Below are positions 9,361 through 17,925 of a stretch of 34,449 bases of DNA, one piece after another; within the stretch, counting starts at the first letter, position 1, and every line of letters starts with the position of its first letter. Under the pieces are notes generated by a model. It was not told the origin of the DNA, made no database searches, and saw nothing but the letters and a program-made list of their open reading frames with translations. The translations under genes and the position numbers were made by a program. The DNA lies in sequence record DRR723986_3419, one strand, 5' to 3'.

Positions 9361-12300
9361 ATGCTGCAAAGGTTACTCATTCTTTTCGTTGCCGCCCTCT
9401 TCGTACCGGGACTGAGCTATGCCAGTATCTACGGTATTCTTGAAGGCACAGTAACGAACGAGGATGGCAAGCCGCTGGTCGGCGCGACAGTCAAGCTACG
9501 TGGAACGACAAAAGGTGCTTTTACAAACACCGAAGGCAAGTTTCGCATGGTGCAGGTTGAAGCTCGTCAATACACGATGGAGGTGACGTACGTTAGCTAC
9601 ACACCTTACGTGAAGACCGGAATTACGGTCAATCCAGACCAAACGACCAAAGTAAATGTCGAAATGTCGCCTGCAGGTGATGTTCGGACAGACGATGTTG
9701 TTGTCGTTGCTGATAGAAATGTTCTGGTCAAAAATGACCAGATCGGTACTTCACGTGCCATCAGCAGTGATCAGGCGACGTCAATTCCGCGGGACAACAT
9801 TGCCGGCGCCGTAACGCGTTCGGCTGGTGTTCAGGCTGGCGGAAGCGGCTTTAACATCCGTGGCCAACGTGCCGAGCACACGCAAGTGCGTATCAATGGT
9901 TTTAACGTCAATGACGAATTCAGTGGTGCAGGTGGTGGTCTAGGCCTTAACCTGCAGCCGACTATCAGCCCATTTGCTACAGAGCAGGTTGAAGTTGTGA
10001 CTGGTGGTCTTGGCGCTGAGTATGGTAACGCTATCGGTGGTATTGTTAATACCGTCGTAAAAGGTGGCCGTACTGACCGTTATGAAGGTTATGCCCGCTG
10101 GCGTACCAATGCCGAATTCCTTTATGGTGAGGCAGACAATGGCGCGCAAGCACAGGCAGGGAATGCTAACACCTACGAATTTGGTGTTGGTGGCCCAATC
10201 CCAGCAATTGACAATACGACATTCTTCCTCTCCGGTCGCTACGTTCACAATGAGTTTCGTGGTGCCGGTCTTGAAGTTTTTGACCCAATTGGAAACAACC
10301 TGGGCCAACGCCCGGACCAAGGTTCATGGGTACGCAACGTTACAGGTCGATTTGACATCGGCTTGACTAGCGACATTCGCCTGCAGGTTGGTGGTACGTA
10401 TGGTGCTACTTCCGCAGAAAACTCCGCATGGCAGTGGTTGTATGTTAATGATACATCCGTACTTCCGGACGGTACCACGAATGATGTACCAGAGCGCGTT
10501 GCCAAACAAGCTGTTACTAATCTGACGATCAACCAGCTGTATGCTCGTATGAGCCACACGGTTACGAATAGCAGTTTCTATGAGATGTCATTCTCATGGA
10601 GCTCCCGCCGTCAGGAAACAAACAAACGTAAAAGCTTTGACGATCCAACGATTCTGGGCAACATCGAACTGTGGGAACCACTTGATGAAGTCACAATCTT
10701 CACAGGTGCCAACGATGATGTTGTTGTAGAGAATCAGCCTGACCGTATTCTGGATTACTATGCTGAGACAGAAGCACAAACACTGACAGAAGATGGTCTG
10801 CTTCCTGGTATTCGTCCAGTTCGCAATCCAATCACTGGATACATCGAAGGTGGTGAGAACAACACTGGTACTGCCAATCCTTATGGATTGCAGCAGCTGA
10901 CGACGGGTGGTAACAACTACTTCGTCACCCATGGTAACCAGCGTGCTCTTGACTTCCGTACATCAACCTTCTTCCAGGTTGACGGTAACTACACTTCGAT
11001 CTTTGACATGAACGGTTTTAACCACACCCTGAAAGCTGGTTTTGAGCTGCGTCTCTTCTCACTTGAGCGTCACTCAAACTCGCTGCCATGGAATGACCAA
11101 CCGTTTTATGACATCTATACTTCAGAGTGGGGTGGAAACTTCTACGCTGAAGATCCAGAAGTTCGTGACCTGACGTCACAGCCATACGAACCACTTGACG
11201 CTGCATTCTACATCCAGGATCAGATCAAGTACAAAGGCATTATCTTCTCGCCTGGCGTTCGTCTTGACTTTATGACACCAAACGCTGAATTCCGTGCTCG
11301 CGCCGACTCATTTGTTTCGATCGTGGACAAAGTCCGCGCACCGGAATTCTTTGAAGATTCGCCGACGCAGGTTCGCGTAAGCCCTCGTTTGAGCGTTGCT
11401 TACCCAGTAACGGACCGTTCAAACTTGAGCTTGAGCTACACTGTTCAGTACCAGCGTCCAACGTTTAACCGCTTCTACGATGCGTTTAACACAGACCTGC
11501 TTCGCGGTAACCAGATCATCGGTACACCGAACCTGGAACCACAAACAGTAAAAGCATACCAGATGGCCTACAACGGTCAGTTTACGGATGACATGGCCTT
11601 TGACGTTACAGCGTACTATCGCGACATGTTTAACATGACCGGTATCACCTACGTCCCGGCTACTCCAGTTCCTTACTCGGTGTACTCAGTTGCTGAATAC
11701 GGCAACTCCCGCGGGGTTGAGCTGACGTTCCGTAAACTTCCTGTAAACGATAACATTGGCTTCTCAGCCAACTATACACTGGCGCAGGCTCGTGGTACTT
11801 CATCCGCTACCGGAACCAACTACTCCCTGATTGTTACAGGTGGTACTGACGGTTTCACGGATAGTATCCGCACCTTCCCACTGTCCGAATATTACCTGAG
11901 CTTTGACATTCGCCATCGCATCAACTCTTCACTGGATATCATTTTCCGTGATGGAGAAGGTCCAACGATTGGTGGTCTTAAAGTTCTTGAGCACACTCGT
12001 ATGACATTTACTGCTGACTACTCCAGCGGTACGCCGTATACGAAACTCAATCGTGCCGGTGAGCAGATTGGTGAATTCAACGGCGAACGTCAGCCAGACT
12101 TCTGGCGCATTGACACCCGTATTCAGCGTGACATTCCGCTCAAGGACCTCTTTGGCGAATCATTGGGCAACACTCGCCTGACGCTGTTCATGGATATCTT
12201 TAATATCACTAACCGTACGCAGGCGACTGGGTTCTTTGCCCGGACTGGTAATCCCGACAACGACGGCAACGTTTTGGACCGTCAAGTTGGTGATTTTTCG

Positions 12301-12534
12301 TCGGTGGAGTTTTACCGCGATGCTGATTCGGATCCACGTGCTTCACGTGCCGATCAGTACGACTCATTCGGAAACCGTTTGTACAACGTGAATTCCGATA
12401 CGAACCTTGATGGTGTTATCACTCAGCAAGAGAAGTTCGAGTCGTACCAGCAATTTGTGTCTGACTTCCAGTCACGTCGGCCGAACTACCAATACCCACG
12501 CACTGTCAGCTTCGGCTTGATTTTGCAGTTCTGA
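9361..12534 (+). CDS. TonB-dependent receptor-like outer-membrane barrel with N-terminal carboxypeptidase-regulatory-like domain
   Basis: ATG 9361 with GAAGGAG RBS and a signal peptide. G.VT..DGKPLVGATV domain, TonB-box-like DDVVVVA, plug motifs NIRG..ING and VEVVTGGLGAEYGNAIGGIVN, NLEPQ, C-terminal Phe. Confidence 0.92.
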   Translation: MLQRLLILFVAALFVPGLSYASIYGILEGTVTNEDGKPLVGATVKLRGTTKGAFTNTEGKFRMVQVEARQYTMEVTYVSYTPYVKTGITVNPDQTTKVNVEMSPAGDVRTDDVVVVADRNVLVKNDQIGTSRAISSDQATSIPRDNIAGAVTRSAGVQAGGSGFNIRGQRAEHTQVRINGFNVNDEFSGAGGGLGLNLQPTISPFATEQVEVVTGGLGAEYGNAIGGIVNTVVKGGRTDRYEGYARWRTNAEFLYGEADNGAQAQAGNANTYEFGVGGPIPAIDNTTFFLSGRYVHNEFRGAGLEVFDPIGNNLGQRPDQGSWVRNVTGRFDIGLTSDIRLQVGGTYGATSAENSAWQWLYVNDTSVLPDGTTNDVPERVAKQAVTNLTINQLYARMSHTVTNSSFYEMSFSWSSRRQETNKRKSFDDPTILGNIELWEPLDEVTIFTGANDDVVVENQPDRILDYYAETEAQTLTEDGLLPGIRPVRNPITGYIEGGENNTGTANPYGLQQLTTGGNNYFVTHGNQRALDFRTSTFFQVDGNYTSIFDMNGFNHTLKAGFELRLFSLERHSNSLPWNDQPFYDIYTSEWGGNFYAEDPEVRDLTSQPYEPLDAAFYIQDQIKYKGIIFSPGVRLDFMTPNAEFRARADSFVSIVDKVRAPEFFEDSPTQVRVSPRLSVAYPVTDRSNLSLSYTVQYQRPTFNRFYDAFNTDLLRGNQIIGTPNLEPQTVKAYQMAYNGQFTDDMAFDVTAYYRDMFNMTGITYVPATPVPYSVYSVAEYGNSRGVELTFRKLPVNDNIGFSANYTLAQARGTSSATGTNYSLIVTGGTDGFTDSIRTFPLSEYYLSFDIRHRINSSLDIIFRDGEGPTIGGLKVLEHTRMTFTADYSSGTPYTKLNRAGEQIGEFNGERQPDFWRIDTRIQRDIPLKDLFGESLGNTRLTLFMDIFNITNRTQATGFFARTGNPDNDGNVLDRQVGDFSSVEFYRDADSDPRASRADQYDSFGNRLYNVNSDTNLDGVITQQEKFESYQQFVSDFQSRRPNYQYPRTVSFGLILQF

Positions 12535-12550
12535 TCTTACGCTTGATTGC

Positions 12551-12574
12551 CGGCCGGGCTGAGAGGCTCGGCCG
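12551..12574 (+). other. Intercistronic GC-rich hairpin with GAGA tetraloop, no U-tract
   Basis: CGGCCGGGCT-GAGA-GGCTCGGCCG. Confidence 0.7.
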
Positions 12575-12636
12575 CTCTCACGTTTTATCTGGATGGATGG
12601 ATAATCATCAACTTTAACCATAGAGTAAGTCAACGC

Positions 12637-15600
12637 ATGAAAACTTTCAAACTTCTGGTGACAGGTCTGGCCCTGCTCCTTATCGGTTTTATGACCGATA
12701 CGGCGCTGGCTGCGACTGCAGCAAGCGCGAAGAAGGGAACCGGCGATCAGATTCAGCGACGTGGTTCGCTCTTCGATTTGCAAGAGAACACAATCAGTAA
12801 TATCCAGTTCTTCTCAACGAACTATGGGATCTTCGGTCTGAACGTTGCCGGTAACTCCGGTGGTGGTTTCTGGCCGCGCAACTCAAACAACGCTTACATC
12901 TTTGGTGGCGGTATCTGGTTTGGTGCTCTTAAGCGCCTCGAAGGTGCTACAAACCCAAGTAAGCTTGTTGTGATCTCATACAATCCTAACTCCGGTCTCT
13001 CCTGGATGTCTCCAGGTAAGATTCAGGATGGTGATGGAATCATTAACGAACAGGATGCCATCGAAAAATACCGCGCGTATTTTTCAACCGACTTTGACAA
13101 AACAGGTGAGCCACTTGATGCCGGCGACGGTCCAAACTGGCCAATCTGGGATACACAAAACGAGGAAACACTGAAGCGCGACCGCTATCTTGGCGATTTC
13201 GTTTTTGATGTAGATCAGCGCAATAGCGACTCCTATCCAAAAGGCCCGGCCTTCATTTCACAGGAAGACATTGTTAGTGTATTTAAAGACACTGACCTGA
13301 CTCTGTATGAAGGTGGTCGTGAGTCACGCCGCCGTCGTGGATATCCAATGCGCCTCGACTTCGAACAAACGATCTACTCATGGGGCTTTGGTGATTACAA
13401 GGACTTTATGTTCTTGTCATACAGAATCATCAACCAGTCGCCTGACACGTTGTTCGAATGTTTCATGGCTCCTGCCATGGACATGGATATCGCACCACGC
13501 TCCAACCAGCGTAATGGTGCTGACAATGACCGTACGCGTTTCTACGAAGAAGAAGACACTCTGAACCTTGCCGTCCAATGGTCGGAAGGTAACCGCGGTG
13601 AAAACGAACAAGGTTTTGGTTATATCGGTTTTGACTTCCTTGAAAGTCCTGCCGTAGACGAAGACGGTTTCCTGCGTACAGACAAGAAATTCTACGATAA
13701 CGACGAGCAACTTGGTCTCGCTACGTTTAGAAACTGGGTTATCCAGAATGACCCGACTGGTGATGAAGAACGTTATGACTTTATGTCGGCTCAGATTCGC
13801 GATGGTGACTCTGATGCTGGTGACAAACGTTTCTTGATGGCCACCGGCCCATTTAACCTCCGTCCTGGTGACACAGCCAACGTCGTTGTTGGTCTGATCA
13901 TCGGTTCCGCCGCCACGTCCGTTGGTCGTGCCACGGTTCCAGACGGTTCGGAAGAGGATCTCCAAGAGCTGATCCGCAAGGACAAATTTGCTCAAACTGT
14001 TTATGATGACAACTTCCGTGCTCCAGTCCCACCAGATGCTAGTCGCATGCAGTGGCGTCCACTGGACAACGGTATGATTGTAACCTGGGATAGCCTGGCA
14101 GAAGTTTCCGTTGACTCTCTGGAAGACGGTCTTGACTTCATGGGTTATCGCATCTTCCGTGCGCGCCGACTTGACCTTGATACTTTCAACACGAATACTG
14201 AGGGTCCTTCACTGGAATACTCACGTGGCCGTGGACCTTTGGGCTGGAAACAAATTGCAGAATTTGTTGTGCCTGCTCCATTCACGAAAGTACCAATCGA
14301 CGGCGTACTTGAGTTCAATCCTCGCGGTGAAGTTGCTCCGCAGATTGACTCCATGGTTGCATTTGGCCTTGATGTCGCCTCACGTACATATCGTGTAGCG
14401 CGTTATGGTAACGGTATGATACCTGCAGTTGCTGTGCCTCAGGGTGGAACAGTGCCGGTTTACAATCCGGACTTTGACGACCCGCGTTTGGAATCAAACG
14501 GTCTTTTCCCACTGCCAAACGGCGATTGGTTTGACTTCTTTAACGCGCTTGACAAACAGCCAGGCGGTGGCGATCAGCTGCGTGCGATGTTCATTGGTAC
14601 CATCGTCGTTTCGCCTGCCATTACAGACCTTCCACCGCTGAACGATGAGTTCCTGATGGATACGCTTTACGCGTACATCCAGCGTGGACAGGCCGTTGCT
14701 GAATTCGCCGACATTGGTGACCGTCTTGACGCCAAAAACTACGTTGTTGGTTTGATGGATGAACTCACGACTGGATTTCAGTTCGTAGATGTTGGTGATG
14801 ACAACAATGATGGTATCGTAACTGAGACCACAAGCCTTGCAACAACTGAGAAACTGATCAACAACGTTGACTATTTCTACAGTATGCTGGCATTTGACGA
14901 AGGTGACTTTAACCAGGGTACACCTGGTAAATTCAACTCGCGTATTCGCGGTCGTAACCAAATTGCCTCGATTCCTTTGGCACCACGTGCACGCAAGGAA
15001 GCTGACATCCAGTTTAACATCGCTCCCGAAGATTCAGCCCGCCTTGGCGGTTTGTACAACTTCCGTGTTGATGTACTTGACTATGAGCGCCTTGCACAAC
15101 TGTACTCCGGTCACACATTCGAAGTAAGCTTTGAGCCGGTATGGCTCGGTGTAAGCCTCGTATTCCGTGACGCTGACGGTACCAATGAGCGCCGCTATGA
15201 TAACACCGGTTTGTATGCTCGTGACGTTGTAATTCGCGACGTAACAGAGGATCGTGAGATCAGCCGTTACCCAGCTTACAACTTCAACGGCCGTAACAGC
15301 TTTGTTATCGGTTCCTATGCTGAAAACGGTGCCGGATATATCGGTACTGATACGCTCAGTATTGGTGAGCAGGATGCTACAAATGCAACGATTCTTTCAC
15401 GTGGTGGTGCATTTAACTCCCGTGACGTTCGCTGGCGTCCAAACCAGTTCATCGGCGGAACATTTGCGATTGCATTTGACCACTACATGCAGCAGTACGG
15501 CGGTACGTATCGTGCGTTTGACGCAACGATCACGAACGGCGATGCTAACACTCACGTGACATTTAGTGATCAGGTTGCTCTGATGCAAGTTGGTGAAGGT

Positions 15601-16674
15601 GGACGTTTTGAGAGCTTTAACAACGGTCCTGGTGTATATGAAGTTGAGTTCTTGCCTGGTGGTTCAGGTGAGCGTGTTGACGTGACTGTTAATCAGTCCG
15701 GTGGCCAATCAGCTACATATACATATGAATTGTCGTGGTTGAACATCCGTGTTCGCAACGTCATTTCCTATGATCGTCCAGTTTCACAAACTGAAAACGT
15801 TGCTGTTACCTACCCAGGTGAGCTGACGGAACAAACGATTCCGCTGCCATCCGAGTACGAAACAATTGGTGCGAACGGACCAGAGACTGTGACTCTCGAA
15901 TTCCCTGACCCACGTAATGTAGAAGTTGGAAGTTTCAACCTCTCAGCCTACGGCTGGGTTGATGGACGTGAGTCCGACCGCCTTATCGACCGCCGGAATC
16001 AGGCTGCCTGCCAGAATGAAGGTTGCCCGGTTGGTACACAAGGCCGTTACTATCTTTCCGCTACGTCGCTTGACGGCCAGCACACGATTGACTTCACACA
16101 CTTCCTGGTTGTAGGTGGTGTTGAGTTCGGTCTTGACTTTGCCAACAAGCGTGGCCGCCGCTCCAGCGATAGCTGGGATGGTGCCGAAGAAACTCCTACA
16201 ATTGACTTTGAAGCCGGTGACGTCGTACGTTTCTCGACGTTTGGTGGTGGCCTTGGTTTACCACTGCCGGATGCCAAAGTTCAATTTACAATCAATGAAC
16301 TGTTGCCAGAGTTGGATGAGTACACTGACGAGCTGCTGAAGCAAGTCAAAGTAGTTCCCAACCCGTATATCGTGTCGCACATCGGTCAGCCAACAACTGA
16401 CCAAGGTAAGATCTACTTCACACACCTGCCTCAGCAGTGTACGATCAAGATCTATACCATTAATGGAGACCTGATTCGCGAAATCAATCACACTGATGGA
16501 GCGAGCGGTGAAGAGAGCGGAACCCGCGCCTTCGCCGTTTGGGACCTTCTCAGTGACGGTCGCCAGCGCGTCGGTTCTCAAACCCTCGTTGCGCATGTGG
16601 AAACGCCAAATGGAGCCTCCCACATCGTGAAGTTCTCGGTTATTACCGGTGGCTTCCGGAACGTGGCACGCTAA
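12637..16674 (+). CDS. Large secreted protein (~1345 aa) with FN3-like region and T9SS-like C-terminal sorting domain; function unknown
   Basis: Start reassigned to MKTFKLL (signal peptide ending ALA). Motifs WP....YIFGGGIWFG, GFDFLESP, GDKRFLMATGPF, IVTWD..GYRIFR..YFYSMLAFD. C-terminus VKVVPNPY..IYFTHLP..CTIKIYT.NG.LIR..WDL..KFSVI. Confidence 0.85.
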   Translation: MKTFKLLVTGLALLLIGFMTDTALAATAASAKKGTGDQIQRRGSLFDLQENTISNIQFFSTNYGIFGLNVAGNSGGGFWPRNSNNAYIFGGGIWFGALKRLEGATNPSKLVVISYNPNSGLSWMSPGKIQDGDGIINEQDAIEKYRAYFSTDFDKTGEPLDAGDGPNWPIWDTQNEETLKRDRYLGDFVFDVDQRNSDSYPKGPAFISQEDIVSVFKDTDLTLYEGGRESRRRRGYPMRLDFEQTIYSWGFGDYKDFMFLSYRIINQSPDTLFECFMAPAMDMDIAPRSNQRNGADNDRTRFYEEEDTLNLAVQWSEGNRGENEQGFGYIGFDFLESPAVDEDGFLRTDKKFYDNDEQLGLATFRNWVIQNDPTGDEERYDFMSAQIRDGDSDAGDKRFLMATGPFNLRPGDTANVVVGLIIGSAATSVGRATVPDGSEEDLQELIRKDKFAQTVYDDNFRAPVPPDASRMQWRPLDNGMIVTWDSLAEVSVDSLEDGLDFMGYRIFRARRLDLDTFNTNTEGPSLEYSRGRGPLGWKQIAEFVVPAPFTKVPIDGVLEFNPRGEVAPQIDSMVAFGLDVASRTYRVARYGNGMIPAVAVPQGGTVPVYNPDFDDPRLESNGLFPLPNGDWFDFFNALDKQPGGGDQLRAMFIGTIVVSPAITDLPPLNDEFLMDTLYAYIQRGQAVAEFADIGDRLDAKNYVVGLMDELTTGFQFVDVGDDNNDGIVTETTSLATTEKLINNVDYFYSMLAFDEGDFNQGTPGKFNSRIRGRNQIASIPLAPRARKEADIQFNIAPEDSARLGGLYNFRVDVLDYERLAQLYSGHTFEVSFEPVWLGVSLVFRDADGTNERRYDNTGLYARDVVIRDVTEDREISRYPAYNFNGRNSFVIGSYAENGAGYIGTDTLSIGEQDATNATILSRGGAFNSRDVRWRPNQFIGGTFAIAFDHYMQQYGGTYRAFDATITNGDANTHVTFSDQVALMQVGEGGRFESFNNGPGVYEVEFLPGGSGERVDVTVNQSGGQSATYTYELSWLNIRVRNVISYDRPVSQTENVAVTYPGELTEQTIPLPSEYETIGANGPETVTLEFPDPRNVEVGSFNLSAYGWVDGRESDRLIDRRNQAACQNEGCPVGTQGRYYLSATSLDGQHTIDFTHFLVVGGVEFGLDFANKRGRRSSDSWDGAEETPTIDFEAGDVVRFSTFGGGLGLPLPDAKVQFTINELLPELDEYTDELLKQVKVVPNPYIVSHIGQPTTDQGKIYFTHLPQQCTIKIYTINGDLIREINHTDGASGEESGTRAFAVWDLLSDGRQRVGSQTLVAHVETPNGASHIVKFSVITGGFRNVAR

Positions 16675-16691
16675 ACGATAATCCGCTAGGA

Positions 16692-16720
16692 CGCCTCCGC
16701 GGCAGCACGCCGCGGAGGTG
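16692..16720 (+). other. Intercistronic GC-rich hairpin, no U-tract
   Basis: CGCCTCCGCGGC-AGCAC-GCCGCGGAGGTG. Confidence 0.75.
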
Positions 16721-16770
16721 ACTAACGCAGAACCAAAGCAAAACAATTGATAAGGTGGGAGCTAATCTCC

Positions 16771-17841
16771 ATGAAACGACTTTTTCTATGTATCGCGTGC
16801 GCAGCAATTATTGGCGCTGGAGCCGATGAAGCCTTTGCTCAGGCAGCACCTGCAGCTTCATCCGGTACCGACTTTAAAAAAGTTGGTGCAGCCGGTGGTC
16901 AATTCCTGAAAATGGAAGTGGGCGCACGTGCAGTTGGTATGGGCGGTGCATATACCGGCGTCGCCAATGATCTGACTGCTCTCTTCTGGAATCCAGCTGG
17001 AATTGCCGACCTTGAAGGTGTCTCGGCCAGCTTTTCCTACACAAACTGGTTTGCCGGGTTTGGCCACAACTTTGTTGCAGCTTCGCTGCCGGTTGGTGAT
17101 CAATTCCGTGCTGCACTGAGTGTAACTACATTCAGTAGCGGTGAAATTGAAGTAACGACTCTGCTTAATCCCGATGGCACAGGCTCGTTCTACTCGCGTG
17201 ATGATATTGCCGTGGGCGCGTCCTTCGGTGGTTATCTTACTGAGCAGTTCTCCTTTGCTGTGACGGCTAAATACGTCGAAGAAGGTTTCTCTTCGGTTTC
17301 AAGTAGCGGCATGGTTTTTGACATCGGTACCATGTACGATACCGGTATCAACGGCGTGCGCCTTGGTTTCTCGATCAGTAACCTCGGTTCCGACTTTAAC
17401 TACTCAGGTCAGGATCTCATCTTCCAGGCCGATCAGGAACCAGTTCTTGATCGTCGTGAAAGCGATGCTACTCTGCTGTCCAACCCTTACTCTCTGCCAC
17501 TGTCCTTCCGCGCCGGCCTTGCCGCCGACGTTCTGGAAAACTTCTTCGACATGAAAACCGAAGAAGGTGAAGTTCGCGAACACGCACTGCTTGTAGCTGC
17601 TGACTTCGTGACACTTTCGGACACGCCAGAGCAGTTTAACGTTGGTGCAGAGTACATGTGGAATGAGCTCCTCGCTCTGCGTGGTGGCTACAAAATCAAC
17701 CATGATGAACTCGGCCTCTCCGGCGGCCTTGGAATCAACTATGTCGGTGGCGGTTTCAGCGGCCAGCTCGACTATGCGATTTCAACGATGTCTAATTTTG
17801 ATGTTGTTCATCGCGTGACGATCGGTGTGGATCTCAACTAA
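16771..17841 (+). CDS. PorV/PorQ (UPF0164, FadL-like) family outer-membrane beta-barrel
   Basis: ATG 16771 with GGGAG RBS and a signal peptide. FLKMEVGARAVGMGGA, ALFWNPAG, FDIG, LPLSFRAG, GAEY, LRGGY, DYA, HRV. Confidence 0.9.
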   Translation: MKRLFLCIACAAIIGAGADEAFAQAAPAASSGTDFKKVGAAGGQFLKMEVGARAVGMGGAYTGVANDLTALFWNPAGIADLEGVSASFSYTNWFAGFGHNFVAASLPVGDQFRAALSVTTFSSGEIEVTTLLNPDGTGSFYSRDDIAVGASFGGYLTEQFSFAVTAKYVEEGFSSVSSSGMVFDIGTMYDTGINGVRLGFSISNLGSDFNYSGQDLIFQADQEPVLDRRESDATLLSNPYSLPLSFRAGLAADVLENFFDMKTEEGEVREHALLVAADFVTLSDTPEQFNVGAEYMWNELLALRGGYKINHDELGLSGGLGINYVGGGFSGQLDYAISTMSNFDVVHRVTIGVDLN

Positions 17842-17872
17842 GATTCCACCGTCTTCATTTCAGGGATGTATG

Positions 17873-17911
17873 AAAATTGCCGCTGTCTACAAGGTCAGCG
17901 GCAATTTTTTT
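17873..17911 (+). terminator. Rho-independent (possibly bidirectional) terminator closing the three-gene unit
   Basis: AAAATTGCCGCTG-N10-CAGCGGCAATTTTTTT. Confidence 0.85.
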
Positions 17912-17925
17912 AAAAAGGTGTTTCG

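Noticed and set aside
9361-17841. Classical SusC/SusD polysaccharide utilisation locus
   Set aside because: The downstream gene is not a SusD-like lipoprotein, and no glycoside hydrolase or sensor-regulator was recognised.
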